A stretch of 64,000 nucleotides of DNA from Acidobacteriota bacterium (GTDB lineage: Bacteria > Acidobacteriota > CAIWXX01). Each line of letters opens with the position of its first letter. The stretch's first letter is position 1. A model generated the notes under the pieces. It did no database searches and had not been told where the DNA came from. It saw nothing but the letters and a program-made list of their open reading frames with translations. Positions 47,188 through 58,076 of the stretch are shown here, piece by piece. A program made the translations under genes and the position numbers. The stretch spans positions 48,743-112,742 of the forward strand of contig JBFMAF010000034.1 of the NCBI GenBank assembly GCA_040755995.1. The letters run 5' to 3'.

Positions 47188-48981
47188 TCATGCACCGTGG
47201 GCCAGGGCCCGAAACTCGGCAGACCTCTGCATGAGCTCATCCCATGTACCGCTGATTTCAATCCGGCCGGCTCGCAGGAAGACGATACGATCACAGTACT
47301 GCACGGTCTGCATGCGGTGTGCGACCAGAAGTATGGTGGTGCGGCCGTGCAGGAAGCCTATGGCCTGCGCGACGGCCTGCTCGGTGCGGGTGTCCAGCGC
47401 GGAGGTGGCTTCATCGAATATGAGCAGCTCGGGGTCGCGATACACCGCCCGTGCAATCGCCACGCGCTGTCTTTCTCCGCCGGAGATCGTCACGCCGCGC
47501 TCGCCGAGCATCGTGTCCAGCCCTGCGGGGAGGCCGGCTACAAAATCCTCGAGCTGCGCCAGGCGGAGCGCCGCATTGACCTTTTCGTCCACGATGGAGC
47601 CATCCGGGACCCCGAACGCTATGTTTCGTCGCAGGGTATCGTGGGTAAGGTAGATGTTCTGGGGCACGTAGCCGATCTTCCGGCGCCAGGCCTCCGCCCT
47701 GTCGCTGATGTCCACGTCATCGACGGTAACTCGGCCCATGGAGGGCGGCAGCAGTCCGAGAATGATGTCGATGAGCGTGCTCTTGCCTGAACCCGTGGCG
47801 CCGACGATGGCAACCGATTCCCCCTTGGCCACGATGAGGTCCAGATCCTTCAAGACAGGTTCGGCCTCGGGTCCGTAAGCAAAGAAGACGCCCTCCACTG
47901 CAAGCCGGCGCTGAAAGGCGAGAGGCCTGTCGCGATCTGCTTCGCCGTGCGGGACGGCCACTGTGCCTATCAGGCGCATGTCTTCGTAGACCAGGTGGGC
48001 ATCCGCCGCCCCGTACCGAATGTTGTTCCACTGGACGGCCATCCGGTTGAAAGAAGGAATGGCCCGGAATCCTGCATAGGCGAACAGGCCCAGCAGCGGA
48101 AGCACTTTTTGCCCGCCGCCGGCTTCCGCGCAGGTCATACCGACAACCAGCAGAGGGATGCAGACGAAAACCGTCTCGACTAGAAACCGTGGGGCAGCGT
48201 TGAGAGTGGCGTGCCACTTGCGTGTCTTCTCGAGGCGGAGCTGGAGCGACAAGAACATGTCGTACCAGTGGCGCTCGCCATCCATGGCCTTCAGTTCCCG
48301 GATGCCGCCGAGCGCCTGCTGCAGGGCCTCCCGGGACTCTACCGAGAGCTGGTGCTGCTCGGCACCGAGGCGGTAGAACCGTCTGTGAGTCCCGTACAGC
48401 AACGCTCCGAGCACAAGGCCGATCGCGGCCAGCGACACGAGCGTTGTCACCGGCGAAGCGAGAATCAGCACGGCGGCCATGCCCGCCAGAACCAGTATTT
48501 CGGATATGCATGAAACCGCCGATTCCAGCACCCTCCGTACGGCATCCTCCGTGCTTCGCACGACCTTGTGCGTGAGGCCTGCGGAACTGCGGCGAGAATG
48601 GAACGGCAACGGGGCACTCAGATACTGCAACAGGAGACCGCTGGAGAGCGCGGCCACCGTCCTGCCTGTCACGGCGCTTCTGAGGTAGGTTGAACCGAGG
48701 AGGAAGAAGTTCTTGAATACGAAAAGACACGCGGCCGCGAGCGTGAACGAGAGGATGAGCCCGGTCGCGTCCCGGATGCCGAGCGCTGAGTACAGCATAG
48801 AGACGACGGGCATGCTGTAGGCGCTACTCGGGCTGTCCATGATCCTTATAAGAGCAAAGACGGCCGCGGCGCCCAGGCTTTCGAGCACGGCCTCGACAAG
48901 CGAAAGGGGGATGAGGCCGAACCACCCGAGCCGCATGCGCGGGCTCAGAAGGGACAGGAGCTTGCGTATACTTGCAAGCAT
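47188..48981 (-). CDS. ABC exporter, fused permease/ATPase (PglK/MsbA-like flippase)
   Basis: Transmembrane domain plus GATGSGKS, ISGGERQR and DEATSALD. Confidence 0.88.
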   Translation of the reverse strand: MLASIRKLLSLLSPRMRLGWFGLIPLSLVEAVLESLGAAAVFALIRIMDSPSSAYSMPVVSMLYSALGIRDATGLILSFTLAAACLFVFKNFFLLGSTYLRSAVTGRTVAALSSGLLLQYLSAPLPFHSRRSSAGLTHKVVRSTEDAVRRVLESAVSCISEILVLAGMAAVLILASPVTTLVSLAAIGLVLGALLYGTHRRFYRLGAEQHQLSVESREALQQALGGIRELKAMDGERHWYDMFLSLQLRLEKTRKWHATLNAAPRFLVETVFVCIPLLVVGMTCAEAGGGQKVLPLLGLFAYAGFRAIPSFNRMAVQWNNIRYGAADAHLVYEDMRLIGTVAVPHGEADRDRPLAFQRRLAVEGVFFAYGPEAEPVLKDLDLIVAKGESVAIVGATGSGKSTLIDIILGLLPPSMGRVTVDDVDISDRAEAWRRKIGYVPQNIYLTHDTLRRNIAFGVPDGSIVDEKVNAALRLAQLEDFVAGLPAGLDTMLGERGVTISGGERQRVAIARAVYRDPELLIFDEATSALDTRTEQAVAQAIGFLHGRTTILLVAHRMQTVQYCDRIVFLRAGRIEISGTWDELMQRSAEFRALAHGA

Positions 48982-49255
48982 TCTACTGCCTCCCCGGGAT
49001 CAGGCTCTTGTGCACAGTCTCGGTCTTCTCTCCGAAAGCTGCCCGCGAAACAGCCGCTGCCAATTTGTACACCAGCAAGCCCAGAGCCTCGGATAGTGAT
49101 GTTTCAACGGCAATGACGACGGGGTTGGCGCGGCACGGCGGCTGTCATGGGAACTCTTTCGCGAGACCGAATTCACTCATCCCGCATGCACTATAGGGCA
49201 TCGTTGCACGTTCCGTCAACGTATGCGCAGACCCACCCGTCGAGCGTTCCGCACT

Positions 49256-49284
49256 TTGACAACCGGCCTACCTCAACATATATT
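49256..49284 (+). promoter_or_regulatory. Sigma-70 promoter for the radical SAM/glycan operon
   Basis: TTGACA-17 bp-TATATT. Confidence 0.7.
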
Positions 49285-49393
49285 CTCGCGGTGCCATGTT
49301 CTCATCGGCTTCCGCGTGACGAAGGCCGGGCATGGTCGACGATGGAGTTGCCCTAGCCCTTCGAGCCTAGTCGTGGATATCTACAGGACTGGA

Positions 49394-50647
49394 ATGAATC
49401 CGGGAACCTTCAATCTCGTAAACGGATCATGCCATCGGCGCCAGGAGGAAATAGCCGCGGTCAAGAGATTCCTTGTCTCGAACAGATGGAGAGAGGAAGG
49501 CGGTGTCAATCAGGCGGACCTGGTCATATTCTTTGCCTGCGGTGCGATGCGTCTCAATGTCGATGAAATGATGGTGAGCCTCACCGACGTCATTGGCAAG
49601 ATGAAGAACGGCGCAGAGCTCGTCGTCGGCGGCTGTCTGCCCCGGACAGACAGCGAGAGGCTGAGCCAGGTCTTCACTGGAAAGACGATTACGTACGCCG
49701 ATTACACCGCGCTCGACACGCTCCCCGGCGTCGAGAATCGGTTCGAGACACTGCCGAAGGTGTTCGGCAATGGCGCGTTCTGCCCGCCGCTCGTCAAGCC
49801 GGGCCTGCGCAAAGCGGGCGCTCTTCGCCTCGTCAGGCTCTCACTTGACCTCGCGCGTGTGTTGATGCGCCACCGGCCGACATCCATTCTGAGGAGAATC
49901 GCATCAAGGCTCAGGCAATACGAGCGCATGGTGATCAGCGTTGGGGCAGGCTGCTCTCGAACCTGCCCCTATTGTGCGAAGCGATTCGCCCTGGGCCCCG
50001 TGAGGAGCAAACCGGCAGAGAAAGTCATGCAGCGGATTGCGGCAGGGAGAATGCTGGGGTACCGGACCTTCGATCTCTTTGCCGATTCGATCGGAGACTA
50101 CGGCCAGGATCTGGGCACCGACTTCGGAGCGCTCCTCGACAGCATCGCGGACTTCGAGGCAGCCGTCAGCGTCGGGATCTATGATCTACACCCCGAGGAT
50201 TTCATCCGGTACTTCGACAGAATCCTCGGTTTGTGCAAAACGGACAGGTTGCATTACCTTTACGTAATCACGGAATCGGGAAACGCGCGGGTGCTGAGAT
50301 CGATGCGTCGGGAGATCGACACCGTGGATCTCGCTCGAAAGCTTCAGGCAATTCGCGGCTACAAGAGCGTTTTCATGCAAACGGCGATCATTGTCGGCTA
50401 TCCGGGCGAGACGGATGAGGAGTTCGACGACACGCTGGCGCTGCTCGGCGAAGTCAATTTCGACAATGTGTACGTGCATTGTTATTGCGATATGCCGAAC
50501 ACAGAGTCATCCCGGCTCGACGGCAAGATCTCCAAGGAGACCGTGTCGAGACGATTGCGCAGGATAGCCGCTGCCGGCATCAGGCACAGCGTTAGCGAGG
50601 CCAGGCGCGAGTGCGATCACTCGTTCCCATGGGGCTCGTTGGGCTGA
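49394..50647 (+). CDS. MiaB-like radical SAM methylthiotransferase-family protein 1 (no TRAM domain)
   Basis: UPF0004 cysteines (SCHRRQEE, FFAC, GGCLP), CSRTCPYC, IVGYPGET. Confidence 0.82.
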   Translation: MNPGTFNLVNGSCHRRQEEIAAVKRFLVSNRWREEGGVNQADLVIFFACGAMRLNVDEMMVSLTDVIGKMKNGAELVVGGCLPRTDSERLSQVFTGKTITYADYTALDTLPGVENRFETLPKVFGNGAFCPPLVKPGLRKAGALRLVRLSLDLARVLMRHRPTSILRRIASRLRQYERMVISVGAGCSRTCPYCAKRFALGPVRSKPAEKVMQRIAAGRMLGYRTFDLFADSIGDYGQDLGTDFGALLDSIADFEAAVSVGIYDLHPEDFIRYFDRILGLCKTDRLHYLYVITESGNARVLRSMRREIDTVDLARKLQAIRGYKSVFMQTAIIVGYPGETDEEFDDTLALLGEVNFDNVYVHCYCDMPNTESSRLDGKISKETVSRRLRRIAAAGIRHSVSEARRECDHSFPWGSLG

Positions 50648-50704
50648 TGAGGGCGTGGCGTTGAGGCTGGCACCGCCGATTCAACTATCTGCATCTAGAA
50701 TCGC

Positions 50705-51943
50705 GTGAGATCGTTTCACTTCGTCGACAATTCGTGCTATCGCCGGCAGGAAGAGGTGTCAATGGTGCGCAGGTTCTTCCTGTCGAACGGATGGACGGAG
50801 TCAGCGACGGTGGAGAATGCCGACTGCGTGATCCTGTTCACCTGCGCGGAGATGCGTTACAAAGCGGCCAACATGATCGGAGAAGTGGAAAGGCTGTCGG
50901 CTCGGATCGGCCGTGATTCGGAGTTGATTGTGGGAAGCTGCCTGCCGAAGACCAACAAGGAAGCGCTGGCGAAGGTCTTCAGCGGGCGCACGATCACGCC
51001 GACCGATTTCAGCGCGCTCAACGCTCTTCCGCAGATCAAAGTCAAGATCGAGGACATGCCACCCGTCTTTGGTAGGAATGCGGCCTTCAGGCCGTTCCCT
51101 GCGCGGAATCGTTGGAGCAAGGGCAACGCCATTCCGTACGGGATATCACGTTGGGCTTCCAGGCTTATGCTTCGCCACCTTCCATTCGACGGTCTGAAGG
51201 GCCTCGCGATAAAGCTCGGAAGAACCAGGGCGATGCGAATCCATGTATCGGCGGGCTGTGCCAAGAACTGCTCTTACTGCGCGATTCATTTCGCGACCGG
51301 GCAGGTCAGGAGCAAACCGCTCGAAGTGATCATGCAGACTATCTCCGAGGGGCTCCGGCTGGGATACAGAACTTTCGATCTCATCTCCGACTCCATCGGC
51401 AGCTACGGCCTGGATCTCGGCACGGACCTGGGCGAGCTATTCGATCGTGTTCTGGGACATCCGGATCGCTTCACGATCGGCATCGACGATCTACATCCAC
51501 ACGAGTTCATCAGGTACTTCGACGGGGTCTTCTCCCTGTGCAGCGCGGGCAAGATGTCGTACCTCTACGTGCCGGTTCAATCAGGCAATGAGCGGATACT
51601 GGGATTGATGAATCGCCGGTGCAATGTGAAGGACCTGACGGACAAGCTCCTAATGATGAGGCACCTTGGAGATGTTTTCCTGGAGACGAGCGTCATCGTG
51701 GGATTTCCCGGGGAAACCGAGGCGGAATTCGACGACACGGTTCATTTCTTGAAGACGGTCGATTTCGACAACGTGTTCATACACTACTACTGCGACATGC
51801 CGAACACCACATCCTCGATCCTCCCCGACAAGACGGACAAGGCCACCATGGTGGAGCGATTGAACCGGATCAATCGTTCAGGCATCAGGCACTCTGTGGC
51901 GGCCACCCGCCACGAGTGGGACTGCAATCTGGCGCTTCCATGA
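50705..51943 (+). CDS. MiaB-like radical SAM protein 2 (no TRAM domain)
   Basis: SCYRRQEE, LFTC, GSCLP, CAKNCSYC, VQSG, IVGFPGET. Confidence 0.82.
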   Translation: MRSFHFVDNSCYRRQEEVSMVRRFFLSNGWTESATVENADCVILFTCAEMRYKAANMIGEVERLSARIGRDSELIVGSCLPKTNKEALAKVFSGRTITPTDFSALNALPQIKVKIEDMPPVFGRNAAFRPFPARNRWSKGNAIPYGISRWASRLMLRHLPFDGLKGLAIKLGRTRAMRIHVSAGCAKNCSYCAIHFATGQVRSKPLEVIMQTISEGLRLGYRTFDLISDSIGSYGLDLGTDLGELFDRVLGHPDRFTIGIDDLHPHEFIRYFDGVFSLCSAGKMSYLYVPVQSGNERILGLMNRRCNVKDLTDKLLMMRHLGDVFLETSVIVGFPGETEAEFDDTVHFLKTVDFDNVFIHYYCDMPNTTSSILPDKTDKATMVERLNRINRSGIRHSVAATRHEWDCNLALP

Positions 51944-53205
51944 GCAAGAAGTTCCTCATCATCGGCAAGTCGTGCAGTCGGCGGCAGGAAGAAGTGTCCA
52001 TGGTGAGGAGGTTTCTCCTGTCGAACGACTGGAACGAAACCGGGCGACTGCAGAGAGCAGACCTGATTGTCTTCTTCGCCTGCGCCGGTGTCCGCTGCAT
52101 CGTGAACGAGAACCTGGAGGAAATAGCAGAAACCCAGAAGAGAATGAAACCGGGCGCAGAGCTGATTGTCGGAAGCTGCCTGCCGAGAATGGACACCGAG
52201 AGTCTTCGAAGCGTCTTCAAAGGGAGAACCATCACCCCGACGGACTTCACGGCGTTGAACGATCTCCCCAATGTCCGGCTGCCTTTCGAAGCCATGCCCG
52301 CCATGTGGGGCAGGGATGCTGCGTGCATCCAGTTGAAACACCCCGGATCGATCGCTGCCTCACGAATGTGGATCGAGGACGCAGCATTCCAGTGCGTCAA
52401 GTTCATCATCGAAAAGCGGCCGGCCCCCTTCTTGAAGCGGACGGCCTTCTGGCTGAAGAGGCGCAACATCGTGAGCTTCTCTGTCGCCGCAGGCTGCTCG
52501 AGGAAATGCGCCTACTGTGCCAGGCCGTTCGCGAGCGGAAAGGTACGGAGCAAGCCGATCGAGGTGGTCGTGGAGAATATACGCAGAGGACTCAGCCTGG
52601 GCTACAGAAGCTACAACCTGTATGCCGACTCCATCGGCACCTACGGCTCTGATCTGGACGTCAGTCTCGGGGATCTGTTGGAGCGGATTCTGGGCATAGA
52701 CGGGCGTTTCACAATCGGCCTGTATGACGTACATGCGCAGGATTTCATCAGGTTCGTTCATCCGATCAAGCGCCTGTGTGAATCGGGAAAGCTCCATTAC
52801 CTCTATGTGGGCGTCCAGTCTGGGAACGAGCGCATCTTGAAACTGATGAGGCGGCCGTGCGACGTGGAGGACCTGGCGGCGAAACTGGCCGACATACGGC
52901 GCTTCGAGCACGTGTTCATGCAGTCGGCGATCATCGCAGGATTCCCAGGGGAGACCGACGACGAGTTCGAAGATACGCTTCGGCTGTTGAAGCGGGTCAA
53001 CTTCGACAACGTCTTCGTTCATTGCTACTGCGACATGCCGAACACCGAAGCGTCCGGCATGCCGGCCAAGGTCGACAAGGATGCAGTGCGCGGGCGGCTC
53101 ACCCGTGTCACACGCGCAGGCATCCATCATGACGCAGCGGAGGCCCTGCAAGAGTGGGACGGCAACCCCGCTATTCACGATTATTTCGGACATCAGGCCC
53201 GATGA
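51940..53205 (+). CDS. MiaB-like radical SAM protein 3 (no TRAM domain)
   Basis: SCSRRQEE, FFAC, GSCLP, CSRKCAYC, IAGFPGET; ATGA coupling. Confidence 0.82.
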   Translation: MSKKFLIIGKSCSRRQEEVSMVRRFLLSNDWNETGRLQRADLIVFFACAGVRCIVNENLEEIAETQKRMKPGAELIVGSCLPRMDTESLRSVFKGRTITPTDFTALNDLPNVRLPFEAMPAMWGRDAACIQLKHPGSIAASRMWIEDAAFQCVKFIIEKRPAPFLKRTAFWLKRRNIVSFSVAAGCSRKCAYCARPFASGKVRSKPIEVVVENIRRGLSLGYRSYNLYADSIGTYGSDLDVSLGDLLERILGIDGRFTIGLYDVHAQDFIRFVHPIKRLCESGKLHYLYVGVQSGNERILKLMRRPCDVEDLAAKLADIRRFEHVFMQSAIIAGFPGETDDEFEDTLRLLKRVNFDNVFVHCYCDMPNTEASGMPAKVDKDAVRGRLTRVTRAGIHHDAAEALQEWDGNPAIHDYFGHQAR

Positions 53206-54512
53206 GATCAATCAGGAGCAGGCCGGCACCGGCCGCGCCGATCTTGTCTGCTCCCGCTGATGCATCCACCCCTGTGAAGACCTTCACATTCGTCAACCAG
53301 TCGTGCCACCGGCGTCAGGAGGAAATCGCCATGGTCAGGCGGTTTCTTCTTCTCAACGGCCTTGCCGAGGACTCGGATCTGACGAGAGCGGACCTGGTAA
53401 TCCTCTTCACCTGCGCGTTCTGCCAGAGCAAAATCGCGGACATGTTGAATGAGATAGCGCGCATTCGTTCCGTCATCAGGGAAGGATGCGAGCTTGTCGT
53501 CGGAAGCTGTTTGCCAAAGACAGACGGCGCCGGGCTGCGGAAGGTCTTCAGCGGAAAAACGATCACGCCTACCGATTTCAGCGCGCTCAACCGGCTCCCC
53601 GGGATCACCTCCGGAATCGAGGAGATGCCGGAGGCGATCGGAAGGCAGGCTGCATGCGAGCCGCTCGTCATCCAACCACCCTCGAACACGGCCAGGGCTC
53701 GCTTGAAGGCACTTGCGCTGGGCGCTACCAGATCGCTGATGCGCACATGGCCGGCGCTGCCTCTCGAAAGAGTCGCTACCAGGCTCGAAACCGACCGGCG
53801 AATGGGAGTGTTTATCTCTTCAGGCTGCATGCGAAAGTGCTCGTATTGTGCGATCCGGTTCGCCACTGGGCAGCTCAGGAGTAAACCGCTGGACGTGGTC
53901 ACTCGAGCGTTTTCCGAAGGGCTGGATCGGGGATATCGCAAGTTTGAGCTGTATGCCGATTCAATCGGCGACTATGGGTTGGATATCGGCACGGACCTCG
54001 GCGAGCTGTTTGACTGGTTCTCGAAGAGCCATCGGGTCTTCAGCGTCGGAATCTATGATCTCCACCCGCAAGCGTTTCTGAAGTTCTTTGGAAAGCTCTT
54101 CTCACTCTGCAGGGCGGGCAGGATTCACTATCTCTATGTTCCCCTGCAATCGGGCAACGCAAGAATCTTGAAATTGATGAATCGCTCGTGCGATGTGAAC
54201 GCTCTCTTGAGGAAGCTCCTGGAAGTGAGGAAACATCGTGGTGTGTTTCTTCAGACCAGCGTCATCGTGGGCTTCCCGACCGAAACAGACGCGGAATTCG
54301 AGGAGACGCTGGCTTTTCTAAGGGCAGTCCGGTTCAGCAATGTGTTTGTCCATTTCTACAGCGACATGCCCAATACGGAATCATCGAAACTGGCCGACAA
54401 GATAGACAGGGCGACCATGCTGCTGCGGCTGAAGCGACTGGGGAGAGCCGGTATCAATTATGACCCTGACATGGCCCGGCACGAGTGGGAAGCTACCCCC
54501 GCTCTTGGTTGA
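53202..54512 (+). CDS. MiaB-like radical SAM protein 4 (no TRAM domain)
   Basis: SCHRRQEE, LFTC, GSCLP, CMRKCSYC, IVGFPTET; ATGA coupling. Confidence 0.82.
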   Translation: MRSIRSRPAPAAPILSAPADASTPVKTFTFVNQSCHRRQEEIAMVRRFLLLNGLAEDSDLTRADLVILFTCAFCQSKIADMLNEIARIRSVIREGCELVVGSCLPKTDGAGLRKVFSGKTITPTDFSALNRLPGITSGIEEMPEAIGRQAACEPLVIQPPSNTARARLKALALGATRSLMRTWPALPLERVATRLETDRRMGVFISSGCMRKCSYCAIRFATGQLRSKPLDVVTRAFSEGLDRGYRKFELYADSIGDYGLDIGTDLGELFDWFSKSHRVFSVGIYDLHPQAFLKFFGKLFSLCRAGRIHYLYVPLQSGNARILKLMNRSCDVNALLRKLLEVRKHRGVFLQTSVIVGFPTETDAEFEETLAFLRAVRFSNVFVHFYSDMPNTESSKLADKIDRATMLLRLKRLGRAGINYDPDMARHEWEATPALG

Positions 54513-54611
54513 CCATGCATCGTGATCTGCGCCCGAGCGCGGGAGTTGCGTCGTGAAGGCACCTGTCGCCGGCGAGCGACCTCTGCAACCAGGTCTGGCG
54601 CACGCACGCCA

Positions 54612-55790
54612 ATGAGCCGCGTTGGATTTCTCTGGGACTCGCTGAGCGCCAATACGGGTGACCAGGCCATCGGTCTGACCATGCTGCGCCTGGCGCGGCG
54701 CGCCGGGCTGCGCGGCCTCGATCCCGTGCGGATCGGCGAGCCGCTGGCCGGCCGCTACGACATGCTGGTTGTCGGCGGCGGCGAGCTGCTCCACCCGCCG
54801 GGCCACGGCTTCTACGACCTCTTCCGCGTCCCGGGCGAGCACGTGCTCAGCACTGTGGGCACCTCCGGCGTCGTCGATGCCAGCCATCTCTCGTCCTACC
54901 GGCTGGTCACCGTGCGGTCATCGGCGGACCGCGACAACCTGCGCGGACTCTCGCGCGAGGTGAAGGTCGCTCCATGCCTCAGCGTGCTGTTCCCAGGGCT
55001 GGCCGAGGACCATCCGGCGGCCATGGAGCGGGACTCGATTCTGGTGCACCTGCACGCGGGAGCGTTCTTGCCGAGCACCGCCCCGACGATGGTGTCGATG
55101 CTGCGGCGGCTGGGCCGGCCGGTTGCGCTGCTTCCGTTTACACCCTACATCCGCGACGCCGACATACAGGCAGTCCTCGCCGCCGCCGCGGACATCGCTC
55201 CACCGCTCGCAGTCGCCGGCCCGGACCAGGTATTCGCCGCCATGCGCCGGGCTGGTGCAGTGGTCGTCGCGTCGCTACACGCCGCGATCTTCGCGTACAT
55301 CGCCGGCGTGCCCTTCCTTGCAATTCCGTACGTGCCGAAGGTGAGGCACTTCATGGCAGAGCGCGGACTTGAGCACCGGCTGCTGCCGGACGTGCTGCGC
55401 CTCCCAGAGAGGCTGCATCTCCTCGCCGCCGATGGCGTCGACTGGCAGGCGACGGCCGCGGCAGATGTGGCGTCCGCAGGCGCGGTCGTGGATGAGATAT
55501 TCGCCTTGGTCGAGGACGCCCTTGCGCGGTCCGGTGGAGGTCGGGCCTGGGGAGCCGCCTGGAGGGAGCCGGCCTGCCCCGAGCGGGCGCACGCCGAAAC
55601 CATGGGCCGCATTGCTGAGTTCGGCCGCCGGCAGGCGCAGGTCACGGCCGACGTTCTCGCCGGCCGTCACAGATTGCGGCGACTGATCGCAACCGGCATT
55701 CGGACGGTGGTGAAGCATGTGCCGGCGATCCGCCGGCTGGGCTGGGCGCGAGCGGTGTGGGAGCGGTGGCTGGTGACTCATGGCTGCTGA
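54612..55790 (+). CDS. Polysaccharide pyruvyl transferase family protein
   Basis: NTGDQAI, VGGGELL, VTVRS, SLHAAIFA...VP...Y.PKV. Confidence 0.78.
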   Translation: MSRVGFLWDSLSANTGDQAIGLTMLRLARRAGLRGLDPVRIGEPLAGRYDMLVVGGGELLHPPGHGFYDLFRVPGEHVLSTVGTSGVVDASHLSSYRLVTVRSSADRDNLRGLSREVKVAPCLSVLFPGLAEDHPAAMERDSILVHLHAGAFLPSTAPTMVSMLRRLGRPVALLPFTPYIRDADIQAVLAAAADIAPPLAVAGPDQVFAAMRRAGAVVVASLHAAIFAYIAGVPFLAIPYVPKVRHFMAERGLEHRLLPDVLRLPERLHLLAADGVDWQATAAADVASAGAVVDEIFALVEDALARSGGGRAWGAAWREPACPERAHAETMGRIAEFGRRQAQVTADVLAGRHRLRRLIATGIRTVVKHVPAIRRLGWARAVWERWLVTHGC

Positions 55791-56703
55791 CGGCGGTCCC
55801 AGCGGCTCCACCGAGCCCCTGGTCTACGTGGTGGTGCTGAGCTGGAACCGCGCCGCCACGACGCTCAGGTGTATCGAGTCAGTTGCCGGCAGCAGCTATC
55901 GGAACGCCCGCGTGGTTGTCGTCGACAATGCATCCGCCGACGATTCTGTGGCACGCATTCGGGAGCGATTCCCTCAGGTTCCGCTCATTCAGAACCCAGC
56001 TAACCTGGGGTACGCCGAAGGCAACAACGTGGGGATACGGTACGCGATGGAGAGGGGAGCCGAGTTCGTGCTGGTGCTCAATGACGACGTCTTCATTGAA
56101 CCGGACGCGCTGGGCCACATGGTGGCCGCGGCGGGCCCAGGGGTGGCGGCCGTCGGGTGCAAAGTGCGCCTCTTCGACGAGCCCGACCGGTTGTGGGCGG
56201 CCGGCGATCTCAATTTCCGGACGGCAGATGCACACCCGAAAGACGACGGCCGTTTCGATGCGCCACGCGACCTGGACTACGCCGTGGGTTGTTGCATCCT
56301 CCTCCGCGCCGGCGTCCTCGATGAGATCGGGCGTTTCGATCCTTCATACTTCCTCGAGTTCGAGGAAGTCGACTGGTGTTCCCGCGCCCGGAAGGCGGGT
56401 CACAGGATCGTTTATGAGCCGAGAGCCGTGGTCTACCACAACCATTCGGTGTCTTTCACCGACAGTTGTTCGCCGGCCTTCCACTATCTCTCCGCCCGCA
56501 ACTGTCTTCTGTTCTGGAAGCGCAATGACGTCGTGCTTAGCGGACGCCCCCGCGCCCTCTACGGCCTGATTTCGTGGCTGGCCCAGCTTCGTCTCATTCT
56601 GCGCACAAGGGGTTCCAAGCTGCGACGGATCACTGCCGCTACGCTCGGGGTCGTCGACTACTACCGCGGGCGCTTTGGCGCTCCACCTCCCAACCTCTAC
56701 TGA
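55780..56703 (+). CDS. Glycosyltransferase family 2
   Basis: VVDNAS, NLGYAEGNN, LNDD, GCCIL, FEEVDWC.R. Confidence 0.9.
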   Translation: MAADGGPSGSTEPLVYVVVLSWNRAATTLRCIESVAGSSYRNARVVVVDNASADDSVARIRERFPQVPLIQNPANLGYAEGNNVGIRYAMERGAEFVLVLNDDVFIEPDALGHMVAAAGPGVAAVGCKVRLFDEPDRLWAAGDLNFRTADAHPKDDGRFDAPRDLDYAVGCCILLRAGVLDEIGRFDPSYFLEFEEVDWCSRARKAGHRIVYEPRAVVYHNHSVSFTDSCSPAFHYLSARNCLLFWKRNDVVLSGRPRALYGLISWLAQLRLILRTRGSKLRRITAATLGVVDYYRGRFGAPPPNLY

Positions 56704-56719
56704 TCATGGGGGCGCGCGC

Positions 56720-57949
56720 GTGAAGATCCTGTACGCCGCCGGCGACTTCCCGGCAGAGCCTCTGAACGGGTGCCACTGGTTTGCGTACAACCTGATTAAC
56801 TGCATGGCACGATCGCACGAGTGCCACCTGATCAGTCTTGCCATGCCGGGGCGAGCCGCGTGCGTCCGGGAATGGGAGCGGTGCCTGCCGGGCCTGCGCG
56901 TGCTGGATGTTCTCCCGGTGCGGCACCGTCAGCTGGTGCGTTGGTCGAAGGGGGCGAATTACATCACGAACCTCCGGATCCCCCATCTCGTGCAATGGAT
57001 GACACCGGGGTTCACTCGTGCACTTCGACGGGTGGTCCGCGAGACCTCCTACGACCTCGTCCACTTCACCGACATCACCCTGGTCTTCTATCGCAACCTT
57101 GTGCGTGGCTCCCCAGTCGTGATCTCCGGGCCCGATCCGGCCTCGCTCCATCTCCGGGGCAACATGCCGTTTGAACCTTCGTTCGCAAAGAGAGTGAAGT
57201 TGGCCACGACGGCCCGGGCGTACGGCAACATAGAACGGACCCATCTAAAGACGTTCTCAGCGGTCCACGTGGTGTCCGAGGCGGACGCCGAGCACTTGAG
57301 GCGCAGCGCCGGACTGAAAAACGTCACTGTGATTAACCATGCGGTGGACCCGAGATTCTTCGCCGTCCCCATTGAGGCCTGCGGCGACGAGGATGCAGTT
57401 ACCATGTTCAGCTCGGGATCCTTCTCGGTGCCCTACATACGTACGCCGTTCATGAGCTTCTTCGAGAGGCACTGGGATGCGATCCGGCGATGCCGCCCCG
57501 CGGCACGCTGGGTTGTCGCGGGACCGGGAGCGCCAGCCGATGTGAAGAAACGGCTCACGGCGGCGCCCGGTGTCGAATACCACGAGTGGATTCACGACTA
57601 TGACGGCGCTCTCTTTCGATCCGACATCGCCGTTTTTCTGGATGGCAGCGGAACGGGCATGAAGACAAGGGTGCTGCAGGCCATGGGCGCCGGAAAGGCA
57701 GTGGTCGGCACGCCTTTCGCCTTCACAGGGCTTGAGGTCAAACACGGAGTGCAGGGCTTCATCGCGGACGGGCACGATTCCTTGATGAGGGCCCTGGTCG
57801 CTCTGATCGAGTCGCCCCGGCTGCGGCGTGAAATCGGCGGGGCCGCGAGGGAACACGTCAGGGCGAGATTCACGCTGGAAATCACGGGCCGAAAGTGGGA
57901 TGCCCTGTACGAGCGAATGTTGCGGCAGCATCGGGATACACGGCTGTGA
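56720..57949 (+). CDS. Glycosyltransferase family 4
   Basis: GT-B fold motifs VVSEAD and GTGMKTRVLQAMGAGKAVV. Confidence 0.85.
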   Translation: MKILYAAGDFPAEPLNGCHWFAYNLINCMARSHECHLISLAMPGRAACVREWERCLPGLRVLDVLPVRHRQLVRWSKGANYITNLRIPHLVQWMTPGFTRALRRVVRETSYDLVHFTDITLVFYRNLVRGSPVVISGPDPASLHLRGNMPFEPSFAKRVKLATTARAYGNIERTHLKTFSAVHVVSEADAEHLRRSAGLKNVTVINHAVDPRFFAVPIEACGDEDAVTMFSSGSFSVPYIRTPFMSFFERHWDAIRRCRPAARWVVAGPGAPADVKKRLTAAPGVEYHEWIHDYDGALFRSDIAVFLDGSGTGMKTRVLQAMGAGKAVVGTPFAFTGLEVKHGVQGFIADGHDSLMRALVALIESPRLRREIGGAAREHVRARFTLEITGRKWDALYERMLRQHRDTRL

Positions 57950-58076
57950 ACAGATGGGTTGCCGCCCGCCCGCCCGGTCGAGTCTTGCCTTGTCGAAGCC
58001 CTATCGATATACTCGGAGTTCGGTACCTCGGAGTCGGCGCTGGCGCGACTAGCTCGCCAAGAGGAGCTTTGTACCA

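Noticed and set aside
48982-49393. RiPP precursor peptide for the four radical SAM enzymes
   Set aside because: No short ORF with a convincing RBS or leader/core pattern. The enzymes lack SPASM/RRE domains and the context is glycan biosynthesis.
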